From Haplodiscus bocki (Eukaryota): a stretch of DNA of 64,000 nt. Positions 13,390 to 26,400 of the stretch are shown here, piece by piece. Where the stretch lies: assembly GCA_965655095.1 (NCBI GenBank), contig OZ296650.1:29636001-29700000 (forward strand), written 5' to 3'. Each line of letters starts with the position of its first letter. Within the stretch, counting starts at the first letter, position 1. The notes below the pieces were generated by a model. It ran no database searches. It had not been told where the DNA came from and saw only the letters and a list, made by a program, of their open reading frames with translations. Position numbers and translations under genes: made by a program.

Positions 13390-13759
13390 GTTGGTGCTGG
13401 TTTTCTTTCTTCTGCGATTGTTCTTTTAAATAAAACGCCTTGCGTGTGAGCCTATCAGGGATATGTTCAACATTATATGTGCTAGTATTTTTCTACAACA
13501 ATAGACTATCAGTACTTTCACAAACTAAAGAGTAAATCAGTGAGATAATCTTTGAAATATCTCATTACTTTTACGACAGAGGGAAAAATTTTCCGAGGAA
13601 GTGCATAATGTCGTATAGTTTTTTTCTACCTCAAAAATCCTCGTTTTAGAAGGTCGTTTTTCGGAAAAAAAGTTTTTTCTCGTTTTCAACAGAGGTTTTC
13701 CTGAAAGTCAGCAATATATGGAAGAATTCAAATTGAACTGATTCTCGCCTGTCGTTTTT

Positions 13760-16700
13760 ATTCTCCAGATATGACGGTTAGACCTCACCAACCTACTGTG
13801 ACGAAAAATGGCTAAAATGTTGAATTTGGTAGATTTCTCTCATTTCTTTCTATCTAAGGCTGAATCGAAAGCCTATTATTTGTAGAGTGATTAAGTTGAG
13901 CTTTTTTTGAGATTTTGTTGTCTAGAAATGAATCAAACATAGCTAGAAATGCTTATGATGTCGCTTTTAGCTAGTTTTCAAAATGCCTTTTTTCCGAAAC
14001 TACCCACTTAATTCTTTTCCTTCACGGCCTAATCGACAGCTTACTTGGTCGATTCGTTCAAGTCGAGCACTTATTCTAGATTTTTTTTTCATTTTCGGGA
14101 CATCCTGGTCTAAACTTTGCTACAAATGATTCTGATTTCGATTTCTGAGAGTTTTCAAAGTACCGTTTTTCGTAATTGTTTTCATTTACAGCTGAATCGG
14201 CAGCTTGCTTTATGTCGTCGATTCTCTTAAGTTGAGTACTTTTTACCGAGCTTGTTTTTTTTCCAGACATGCTTTTGCAAATGCATCGGATGTTGATTTT
14301 ACTCAATTTTCTAAAAGGTGATGTGATGATGATCATGATCACAAAAGGTGATGTGATGAAGGGGATCTAGAGAGGATAAAATCCAAACCTTGCTTGAAAA
14401 GCGTGTGATATCGATTACAGTCAATTTTCATTTTGTTTCTCTCGAATTACTGACTCAGTTTCTCTCATCCAGTGTTTAATCAACTTCCTATTCTGGATAG
14501 ATTGATTTATCTAGTGTCAGTTTTCTAGTTTAAACGATATTATTCATGAGTAGTATATGCTGGGGGTCCCCGCAGAGTTTTATGGCTCCCGAAATTTTTT
14601 CAAAGATTTCCTTCAACTTTTGGCTCAAAATGGCCCTCAACGGTAACCAAAAGGCGCATACAGTATTTCAAGAGCGAATGCAGTGTACTGGATCCGCATC
14701 CTAAACATTTACCTCAGGGAAAAGAGCGACTTTTAACTATTATACATAGTTGTTTCATTCGACTTGATTAGAAACTACTCAAATATCAAAGTTTGAACAG
14801 CGTATAAAACTAGGCGACCCTTACTTACCAACTTAGACGTTATGAACGCAGATTAAACATCTGCTGAACAAATCTGGGACAGGACAAACCCGAATTTGAA
14901 AACAAATGAATGTTTCCTGCATGATGTCGAAAACGAAAAAACTTGCTCAAATTGTCGTTTCTTCGTAAATTCCCATAGAAAAAATGGTTCCACATATCCG
15001 AGCTCAACACAACAATCGAAATACAAACTGAGCGAGCCCAAAAACTATATTTGAAAACAAGTAAACAGTTGTTGCAGGATGCTGAAAACGAAAATACTTG
15101 CTTGAAAAGTCGTTCGTTCCCTTATAAGCATGGAAACACATGGTTTTACGGCTGCAAAACCCATTAATGGTGTCGTTTGCGCTTGGGTGAGGGCAAAACC
15201 CATATTGGAAGTTAACTAAAACTTGGTATCAACATGCTGAAAAGCAGAAGACATTCTGAAAAAGCCGTTCTATCGCAATTTCGCATGGGAAAGAAAGTTT
15301 CACACTTCCGAACTGAACTCAATCTGATGTGGAAGTTTGGGTGATCTCAATAACTATATTCGAAAACATGTCAACGATAGTGGCAGGTTGCTGAAGTTCC
15401 AGACTCTTTGAAAATGTCGTTTCTATTTCAATTGGCATCAAAAAGATAGTTTCGCAACTCCCAACTCACATAAAAATTTGACCTAGAAGTTTTGGTGAAC
15501 CTCTATTTTATAGGAACCGTTCTAAACACAATTGAAAGTGAGCTGCATTATGCTGAACGCAAAGAAAATTCCCGAAAGTGTCGTTCTTTCGCAAGTACTC
15601 ATCGAAGCAAAATCGTTTCACAAGTCCCAACCCTGAACGTTTGAAGTACAAGTTTGGGAGAGCCCAAAACCCTATTTGCAAGCTATTGAAGGTTTGTTAC
15701 ATGGTACCGAAGTAGAGAATTTTTTCTGAAACTGTCGCTTCTTCGTGGGCTCTTATTGAAAAGAGAGCCAGAACGAAGATACATTTTGAGAACACGGTTT
15801 CTTCATAAGTTGCATCAGAAATGATAGTTCTACATATCCGAAATCGCCCGAACAATTGATGTACAATTCTGGGAAGCCGAAAAAAATTTGAGAGCAAGTG
15901 AAAGATAGCTGCGCGATGCGGAAAACTAAAATATTTTCTGTCAGCTAATCGGTTGACGTAAAACTCTTGGTGAACCCTAAAAATTTACTTGGATACAAGT
16001 AAATATTGGGCTCAACATGTCAAAACAAAAAGACATTCTGAAATACTGCTCTTTCGTAAATTCGCAGCATAAGGCTTAGCTTTGCTCCTCCAACCCAAGC
16101 CAAAGAATTTCATGTACGACATTAAGCGCTTTGAGAAACCCAAAAATCATATTTGAAATGAGTGAAATGTTCTTACAACCCAAGAATCTCAAACAGTTTC
16201 TGAAAATGTCGTTCCCTCGCAACTTCAAAATGGAAAAGGTGGTTGCACAACTCTGACTTCAACTGAAAACTCGACGCTTCAGCCTAGCCCAACTAACTGT
16301 AAAAATTGACCTCGAGAACAGTTGGGACGAGCTGAAAACCAAAACTTCCGGCGAAACTTGTTTTCCCTTCGTAAGTTGGCATGGAAGAACTTTTCTAACT
16401 CAGAACTCAACCAAGCATTTGATATACAAGTGTGGAAAAGCACAAAAGCCACATTCAAAAACAAATCATCGCTAATTGCAGGATGCCGAAAACGACAATA
16501 CACTGTGGAAATTTTGTTTCTTCCTGAATTTGCAACGCAGACGATGGTGTCACAACCCTGAACTGGCAGAATACTTTTGATTTACAAATTCGCCTGCGCT
16601 CAAAAATTCTCCAGATATGACGGTTAGAGCTCACCAACCTACTATTATTTGTAGAGTGATTAAGTTGAGCTTTTTTGAGATTTTGTTGTCTAGAAATGAA

Positions 16701-19383
16701 ACAAACATAGCTAGAAATGCTTATGATGTCGCTTTTAGCTAGTTTTCAAAATGCCTTTTTTCCTAAACTACCCACTCAATTCTTTTCCTTCACGGCTTAA
16801 TCGACAGCTTACTTGGTCAATTCGTTCAAGTCGAGCAATTATTCTAGATTTTTTTCATTTTCAGGACATCCTGGTCTAAACTTTGCTACAAATAATTCTG
16901 ATTTCGATTTCTGAGAGTCTTCAAAGTACCGTTTTTCTTAATTGTTTTCATTCACAGCTGAATCGGCAGCTTGCTTTATGTCGTCGATTCTCTTAAGTTG
17001 AGTGCTTTTTACCGAGCTTGTTTTTTTCCAGACATGCTTTTGCAAATGCATCGGATGTTGATTTTACTCAATTTTCTAAAAGGTGATGTGATGATGATCA
17101 TGATCACAAAAGGTGATGTGATGAAGGTGATCTAGAGAGGATAAAATCCAAACCTTGCTTGAAAAGCGTGTGATATCGATTACAGTCAATTTTCATTTTG
17201 TTTCTCTCGAATTACTGACTCAGTTTCTTTCATCCAGTGTTTAATCAACTTCCCATTCTGGGTAGATTGATTTATCTAGTGTCAGTGTTTTAGTTTAAAC
17301 GATATTATTCATGAGTAGTATATGCGGGGGGGGGGGGGTCCCCGCAGAGTTTTATGGCTCCCGAAATTTTGTCACAGATTTTCTTGAACTTTTGGCTCAA
17401 AATGGCCCTAAACGGTAACCAAAAGGCGCATACAGTATTTCAAGAGCGAATGCAGTGTACTGGATCCGCATCCTAAACATTTACCTCAGGGAAAAGATGC
17501 GACTTTTAACTATTATAGATAGTTGTTTCATTCGACTTGATTAGAAACTACTCAAATATCAAAGTTTGAACAGCGTATAAAACTAGGCGACCCTTACTTA
17601 CCAACTTAGACGTTATGAACGCAGATTAAACATCTGCTGAACAAATCTGGGACAGGACAAACCCGAATTTGATAACAAATGAATGTTTCCTGCATGATGT
17701 CGAAAACGAAAACACTTGCTCAAATTGTCGTTTCTTCGTAAATTCCCATAGAAAAAATGGTTCCACATATCCGAGCTCAACACAACAAATGAAGTACAAT
17801 CTGAGCGAGCCCGAAAACTATATTTGAAAACAAGTAAACAGTTGTTGCAGGATGCTGAAGACGAAAATACTTGCTTGAAAAGTCGTTCGATCCCTTATTA
17901 GCATGGAAAAACATGGTTTTACAGCTGCAAAACCCACTAAATGTGACGTTTGCGCTTGGGTGAGCATAAAACCCGCATTGCAAGTTAACTAAAACTTGGT
18001 ATCAACATGCTGAAAAGCAGAAGACATTCTGAAAAAGCCGTTCTATCGCAATTTCGCATGGGAAAGAAAGTTTCACACTTCCGAACTGAACTCAATCTGA
18101 TGTGGAAGTTTGGGTGATCTCAATAACTATATTCGAAAACATGTCAACGATAGTGGCAGGTTGCTGAAGTTCAAGACTCTTTGAAAATGTCGTTTCTATT
18201 TCAATTGGCATCAAAAAGATAGTTTCGCAACTCCCAACTCACATAAAAATTTGACCTAGAAGTTTTGGTGAACCTCTATTTTATAGGAACCGTTCTAAAC
18301 ACAATTGAAAGTGAGCTGCATTATGCTGAACGCAAAGAAAATTCCCGAAAGTGTCGTTCTTTCGCAAGTACTCATCGAAGCAAAATCGTTTCACAAGTCC
18401 CAACCCTGAACGTTTGAAGTACAAGTTTGGGAGAGCCCAAAACCCTATTTGCAAGCTATTGAAGGTTTGTTACATGGTACCGAAGTAGAGAATTTTTTCC
18501 GAAACTGTCGCTTCTTCGTGGGCTCTTATTGAAAAGAGAGCCAGAACGAAGATACCTTTTGAGAACAAGGTTTCTTCATAAGTTGCATCAGAAATGATAG
18601 TTCTACATATCCGAAATCGCCCGAACAATTGATGTACAATTATGGGTAAGCCGAAAAAACTTGAGAGCAAGTAAAAGATAGCTGCGCGATGCCGAAAACG
18701 AAAATATTTTCTGTCAGCCAATCGGTTGACGTAAAACTCTTGGTAAACCCTAAAAATTTACTTGGATGCAAATAAATATTGGGCTCAACATGTCAAAATA
18801 AAAAGACATTCTGAAATACTGCTCTTACGTAAATTCGCAGCATAAGGCTTAGCTTTGCTCCTCCAACCCAAGCCAAAGGATTTCATGTACGACATTAAGC
18901 GCTTTGAAAAACACAAAAATCATAGTTGAAATGAGTGAAAGGTAGTCTCAGAACCCAAGAATGTCAAACAATTTCTGAAAATGTCGTTCACTCGCACCTT
19001 CAAAATGGAAAAGATGGTTGCACAACTCTGACTCCAACTGAAAATTCGACGCTCCATCGTAGCCCAACTAACTGTAAAAATTGCCCTCAAAAACAACTGG
19101 AACGAGCTGAAAGCAAAAACTTCCGGTGAAACTTGTTTTTCCTTCGTAAGGTGGCATGGAAAAACGTTTCTAACACAGAACTCAACCAAGCATTTGATCT
19201 ACAAGTGTGGAAAAGCACAAGAGCCACATTCAAAAACAAATCATCGCTAATTGCAGGATGCCGAAAACGACAATACACTGTGGAAATTTTGTAACTTCCT
19301 GAATTTGCAACGCAGACGATGGTGTCACAACGCTGAACTGCCAGAAAACTTTTGATGTACAAATTCGCCTGCGCTCGAAAATT
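13760..19383. repeat. Direct tandem duplication of ~2.8 kb (copy A 13760-16605, copy B 16606-19383)
   Basis: ATTCTCCAGATATGACGGTTAGA starts at both 13760 and 16606. The copies are colinear to CGCCTGCGCTC.AAAATT. Copy B lacks ~76 bp near its start. Confidence 0.95.
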
Positions 19384-20400
19384 ACATTTGAAAACAAGCA
19401 AACGCTGGTCCCATCATGCCGAATCGAAAACAATAGGTGAACAACTCCAAAATTAACTGAAGGTTAGTTGTACAAATTTGGCGCGCCCGAAAAATATTTT
19501 TCATTACAAATGAACGTTGGTAGAGCAATTCAGAAACATTGCAAACAGTCTGAACATTTCGTTCTTTCGTTGAATTCGCATCGAAGAAGATCGCTCAACA
19601 ACACCGAACTCTATACGTTTGAGGTTCGGGTTTTCCAGAGAACCGAGCCATATTTGGAAGAGTAAAAAAAAGTGGAATGATGCCAAAAAGGAAAATTGTT
19701 TGAGCTTTTTGTTTTTAGTAAAGTGTCATCAAAGCAGATGATTTTCACACCATGAAGCTCCTCGGAACTTTTGGTATACACATTTGAACGGGCCCAAAAA
19801 CCATATTTTGAAAGTCGTAAACATTACTCAAAGGATGCCGAAAAAAAAGATACTCTTGGAATGTATTCCTCGTACATTTGTACCGAAGATAGTTTTGCAC
19901 CTCCGAACACACCGAAACATTTAAAATACACAATTCGGTGAGTCCAAAAACCGTTTCCTCAAACAAATAGAAATTTTTATTCCAACATGTTGAACACCAG
20001 AAGTCATTCCGAAGACACTTGCTTTGCAAATTCGCGTATGAAACTTTATACACCCGAACCGAACAAAAGCTGATGTACAATTTTGGGCCGGCCCAATATC
20101 TACATTTGAAAACAAGTATTCATTGGTCTCAATATGCTGAAGTCCATAGCACATTCTGAAGGCTCCTTTTTTTACGCATCTGAATTCGGTTGAAAATAGT
20201 GATTCGTCAGTTTGGGCGATCTCGAAAACATACAAGAAGCCACAAATGAAAACCAATAAACGTTATTCGTGCAATGCTGGAACCTAAAAAGCTTTCATAA
20301 ATGTCGCTGCTTAGTAATTTTGAAGCCAACAGATGGTTTCGCAACACCAAACTCAACCAAATTTTAGACAGACAAGAGTTTAGTGCCCAAAAACAATATT
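14880..20400 (+). repeat. Degenerate ~155-bp tandem (satellite-like) repeat tracts: 14880-16605 and ~17655-20400, mirrored at ~25340-28095
   Basis: An ATTTGAAAACAA-like anchor recurs at 14894, 15049, 15204 and 15358, and at ~19228/19385 and ~19650/19804. Recurring ACATTCTGAAAA.GTCGTT and TTGATGTACAA.TTTGGG blocks lie between the anchors. Confidence 0.75.
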
Positions 20401-23400
20401 TTAATACAAGTGATCATTAGCAGCGCACTGGCTAAATATAAATTATGGTGTTTGGAGAAGGCTGATTATTCAGCAATAAAGACTGTCAAAGTAAATCCAG
20501 ATGTATTCTACTGCGTCTATCGGCCGTTCGCTTCCCGGATTGAGGAGAGTTGTTTAAAGTGGCCGACAGAATCGTTCAACATTCGAGACATATATGAAAG
20601 TCAAAAGATCGCTGAGAAACCGAAAGTTGTCTACATTGTTTCCAGACAAATACTGGTTCGGTAGTGTATACACGTGGCCTTAAACAAGTAACGTAGTCAC
20701 CTTTACTTTGAATATTCCGTCCCACAGATATCCAGCGAACATTCACAAGATATTTCCTCTTTCAATGAAGAAAGTCAGATTAACAAAGGTGAAAATCTCT
20801 CCTGATCAATTCCTGTAAAGCCAAACGAGCTACATAAACAAGAATGGCGTTCAAACAGGTTTTATCTGTGTTAATAAACTCTGCGAATCACTGAAAATGA
20901 AATTAGACGATAACTCCAAAACGAACGTGCTCCAGTCTGGAGCAATTGAAACTCAAGTGGGATAAGTGTTCAGTGGCAAGACAACAGAACTCAAGTACCG
21001 CATAAACCGTTATACACTATGAGAAGTCGTGCACAGTAGTATAATTTAAAGTCGACAATAGATACAACATTGACTGCACTTGCTCCCATAATAGTGCTTC
21101 AGCGGAAGCAATTGTAGTAATCTCGTTGCAAAAAGTCTACGATAAAATTGTACACTATTTTATAAGTGAATAAAACGGACGAGGTTGTTTCATTGAACGT
21201 TTGTAGAAACAGTCAGTGATTTTTGAATTGCTTTAGTTATTACCGAAGGTCCCTTCTTTGACGATGTTAGAAGATTCATCATAGACTGGCCAATTTGGGG
21301 AAAATAGTGGTAGCTACTGCATGACTTGAAGATCATCGCTTGCAAGGCTTGGAGCGAAACCTTCATTTTCCTTCTAAAGCTGAAGCGATTACAGAAACGG
21401 CTGCTGTTTGGCATCCTTAGGTTCCCAATGCGGACAGTTTGCCGAAGCATCAGCATTCTCAGAACGGAATGAACTTCCGATTTGAGGAAGAGAAGACTTG
21501 ATCACAGTATGCCGATGCTGGATCCATAAACTGGATGCCCCACAACGCTCAAAAAGACCCGAGAGCTTCAGTGGAATTTTTGAACTCTCCATCGAACGTT
21601 CTTCGAATTGAACATGCGGAATAAAAGTTTAATGAATGGAACTTCTAACTTGACGGAAACCGTGTAGTCTGACCGGCTCAAAGCAACTTGTTAGTTAACA
21701 TCTTTCCATACTTGAACTAAATCAACCTGCAGAGATCAATTGGCTGATTGAATTCGATGCAATATTTCCTTCGCAAGTTTTCAAACGAAAAACCACAGCC
21801 CTACATCAATGATGTTCATAGCTAGTGTTTCGTGAAAAACACACGACCCTCGGAGACCCATTAGGTGTTTTGCTTCACTTTCAAAGTACAAGAGGTTTGG
21901 TTTATCAAAAGTTGAATGGATGAATTGGTATAACTTTTCAATTTCCCCAGTTCCACCTGAAAAATTCAAATTCTTCTGAAAACCAAGCGGATTTCAAAAC
22001 GGTTCATACACTATTCCAGTCTGCTCTGCGTAAGTCGACGTGGTAACCCAACGCCACGTTTGAGCAAAAATGACCTGTAGCGCCTACCTGAGTGGTTTTA
22101 ACCGATTTTTTCCAGTAACTTTATTCGACAAATTGAGGTGGAACTTTCAAAAATCAAGCTTCTTTCATCTCTGGTCGAAGATGAATAGTTTCTCAAAGTG
22201 ACCGCAATCGGTTGTTTGAAATACAGCATATCAGTCCACAGCCAAACTAAAACAGTCAAACAAATGAATTTTTAGTCGAAAACTCCTTTCAGCCATCTTT
22301 GAAATTAAAGATAAGGCGAGGAAAAAGGGACGGGCTGCTGCTCTAAGATGACAACCAGAATTTCATCAAGGGGCTCAGCAGTAATGGTATCATATTTTCT
22401 ATATGATTGACTGTAACTCAAAAGAACGAAGAGTTCTACCCTTCGGATGAACAACTTTATGAGCTCGCAGAGGCACATAAACAATTTAGAAATCAAAAAC
22501 AGCACAATGTGCCTCCGGGGGATGGACAAGTATTGCTAAAATTATGTTTCCACATCATACATTCAATCAGGAAGTATTCTAAGGCTTTCAATTACAACGT
22601 AGAAAAATCAGTCAGTCATCTAGCCTAGCTGCACGAATGCAATTACTTTGGGATGATTTTAGATCCCTATCCTTTGCTTCTCGGCTCATATGAGGATTGT
22701 TGAAGTAGAAGCACTCCGTAGTAATCAGACAGAGAGTATTGATAGAAGTAATCTTTCCACAAACCCGCGCCATGTTAGATGAAAAAAACCAAAATGAATG
22801 TCAGATCTTGAAAAACCTAAATGAGCTGTGAATTCCGCTTCGGCCAGTCAAAGAACCGACAGACACTTGAAAAAAGCCTGAGGCAGGGACGACGCACTAC
22901 GTTAGAGAACACTCAGCTAAGAAGTCAGGAAACCTACCGTCTTGAGAAACAGTTTGCGGGGTTGACTACAAAACTTTAAGGTTGGTATATTCGGTTACTT
23001 AACAGATTCTAATCGTGTATATCAATAGTGTCATTAGCAAAAAATGGAGAGATCATTGCTCAGCACAGACAATGTTGAGGATTCTCTTTTCCGATGAGAT
23101 TGAATCGTTTTGAGGAAATTGGCGAGTCGTGCTGAACAATTTCGATTGCAGCACTCTTGGGTGACCCTGCTTCAAAAAAAGAACTCACCTGCTTCCAAAG
23201 AAGTCTACGCCTTTGCTGCAAGCGGAGTGATCCGAAATGCTGAATGCCGTTTTCGACTCATGTCTGGTGAGCAATATCGCCGACAAAAAGCACTGAAACA
23301 ATAAATTCTTTGAAAACAGACATTGGAGCCTATGTTTTCAAGATTGAGTAAAAGGTGCACTTTCGGTGTTGAACATTGAGAGGGATCATTTCGGAGTTTT

Positions 23401-26400
23401 CTGCTTTGAGCGTCTCTTTTTCCTCGCCGGATCTTTAATTTCAAAGATGGCTGAAAGGAGTTTTCGACTAAAAATTCAATTGTTTGACTGTTTTAGTTTG
23501 GCTGTGGACTGATAGGCTGTATTTCAAACAACCGATTGCGGTCACTTTGAGAAGCTATTCATCTTCCAACAGAGAGGAAAGAAGCTTGATTTTTGAAAGT
23601 GTCACCTCAATTTGTCGACTAAAGTTACTGGAAAAAATTGGTTAAAACCACTCAGGTAGGCGCTACAGCTCATTTTTGCTCAAACGTGGCGTTGGGTTAC
23701 CACGTCGACTTACGCAGAGCAGACTGGAATAGTGTATGAACCGTTTTGAAATCCGCTTGGTTTTCAGAAGTATTTGAATTTTTCAGGTGGAACTGGGGAA
23801 ATTGAAAAGTTATACCAATTCATCCTTTCAACTTTTGATAAACCAAACCTCTTGTACTTTGAAAGTGAAGCAAAACACCTAATGGGTCTCCGAGGGTCGT
23901 GTGTTTTTCACGAAACACTAGCTATGAACATCATTGATGTAGGGCTGTGGTTTTTCGTTTGAAAACTTGCGAAGGAAATATTGCATCGAATTCAATCAGC
24001 CAATTGATCTCTGCAGGTTGATTTAGTTCAAGTATGGAAAGATGTTAACTAACAAGTTGCTTTGAGCCGGTCAGACTACACGGTTTCCGTCAAGTTAGAA
24101 GTTCCATTCATTAAACTTTTATTCCGCATGTTCAATTCGAAGAACGTTCGATGGAGAGTTCAAAAATTCCACTGAAGCTCTCGGGTCTTTTTGAGCGTTG
24201 TGGGGCATCCAGTTTATGGATCCAGCATCGGCATATTGTGATCAAGTCTTCTCTTCCTCAAATCGGAAGTTCATTCCGTTCTGAGAATGCTGATGCTTCG
24301 GCAAACTGTCCTCATTGGGAACCTAAGGATGCCAAACAGCAGCCGTTTCTGTAATCGCTTCAGCTTTAGAAGGAAAATGAAGGTTTCGCTCCAAGCCTTG
24401 CAAGCGATGATCTTCAAGTCATGCAGTAGCTACCACTCTTTTCCCGACATTGGCCAGTCTATGATAAATCTTTCTAACATCGTCAAAGAAGGGACCTTCG
24501 GTAATAACTAAAGCAATTCAAAAATCACTGACTGTTTCTACAAACGTTCAATGAAACAACCTCGTCCGTTGTATTCACTTGTAAAACAGTACAATTTTAT
24601 CGTAGACTTTTTGCAACGAGATTACTACAATTGCTTCCGCTGAAGCACTATTATGGGAGCAAGTGCAGTCAATGTTGTATCTATTGTCGACTTTGAAATA
24701 TACTACTGTGCACGACTTCTCATAGAGTGTATAACGGTTTATGCGGTACTTGAGTTCTGTTGTCTTGCCACTGAACTCTTATCCCACTTGAGTTTCAATT
24801 GCTCCAGACTGGAGCACGTTTGTTTGAGTTCTCGTCTAATTTCATTTTCAGTGACTCACAGAGTTTATTACCACAAATAAAACCTGTTTGAACGCCATTC
24901 TAGATTTATGTAGTTCGTTTGCTTTTACAGGAAATGATCAGGAGAGATTTTTCACCTTTGTTAATCTGACTTTCTTCATTGAAAGAAAAGACATCTCGTG
25001 AATGTTCGCTGGATATCTGTGGGACGAATTATTCAGAGTAAAGGTGACTACGTTACTTGTTTAAAGGAGACCCCGTGTAAATGTTAGCGAACCAGTATTT
25101 ATCTGGAAACAATGTACAGAGTTTTCAGTTTCTCAGCGATCTTTTCACTTTCATTTTTGTGTCGAATTTTGAACGATTATGTCAGCCTTTTTAAACAACT
25201 CTTCAATACGCGAAGCGAACGGTCGATAGACGGAGCAGAATACATGTGGCTTTACTTTGACAGTCTTTGTTGAAGAATAATCAGTCTTCTCTAAACACCA
25301 TAATTTATATTTAGGCAGTGCGCTGCTAAAGATCACTTGTATTAAAATATTTTTGGGCAGTAAACTCTTTTCTGTCTAAGATTTGGTTGAGTATGGTGTT
25401 GCGAAACCATCTGTTGGCTTCAAAATTGATAAGCAACGACATTTATGAAAGTCTTTTAGGTTCCAGCATTGCACGAATAACGTTTATTGGTTTTCATTTG
25501 TGGCTTTTTGTATGTTTTCGAGATCACCCAAACTGATAAATTACTATTTTCAATCGAGTTCAGATGCGTAAAAAAAAGAGGAGCCTTCAGAATGTCCTAT
25601 GGTCTTCAGCATAATGAGACCAATGATTCCTTGTTTTCAAAAGTAGTTATTGGGCCCACCCAAAGATGTACATCAGATTTTTCCCAGTTCGGGGGTGTAA
25701 AAATTTTTCATATTCGAATTTGCGAAGCAAGTGTCTTCGGAATGACTTCTGGTGTTCAACATGTTGGAAGAAAAACTTTTGTTTGTTTGAGAAAACGGTT
25801 TTTGGACTCACCAAATTGTGTTTGTTAAATGTTTCGGTGTGTTCAGAGGTTTAAAACTATCTTTGATACAAATGTACGAGGAATACATTCCAGGAGAGTA
25901 TGTTCATTTTCGGCATCCTTTGAGTAATGTTTACCACTTTCAAAATATGGTTTTTGGGCCCATCCAAATGTGTTTACCAAAATTTCAGAGGAGCTTCATG
26001 GTGTGAAAATCATCTGCTTTGATGCCACTTTACTAAAAACAAAAAGCTCAAACAATTTTCCTTTTTGGCATCATTCCACTTTTTTTACTCTTCCAAATAT
26101 GGCTCGGTTCTCTGGAAAACCCGAACCTCAAACGTATAGAGTTCGGTGTTGTTGAGCGATCTTCTTCGATGCGAATTCAACGAAAGAACGAAATGTTCAG
26201 ACTGTTTGCAATGTTTCTGAATTGCTCTACCAACGTTCATTTGTAATGAAAAATATTTTTCGGGCGCGCCAAATTTGTACAACTAACCTTCAGTTAATTT
26301 TGGAGTTGTTCACCTATTGTTTTCGATTCGGCATGATGGGACCAGCGTTTGCTTGTTTTCAAATGTAATTTTCGAGCGCAGGCGAATTTGTACATCAAAA

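Noticed and set aside
17326-17338. G13 run as a functional G-quadruplex
   Set aside because: The paralogous copies read GCTGGGGG, so this is a local homopolymer expansion or a sequencing error.
14880-20400. CRISPR array
   Set aside because: Eukaryotic context, whole monomers are homologous with no unique spacers, and no cas genes.
22333-23410. P1 spacer as a coding core
   Set aside because: Only ORFs under 80 aa with no recognisable domain. It may be very old TE debris, but I cannot support that.
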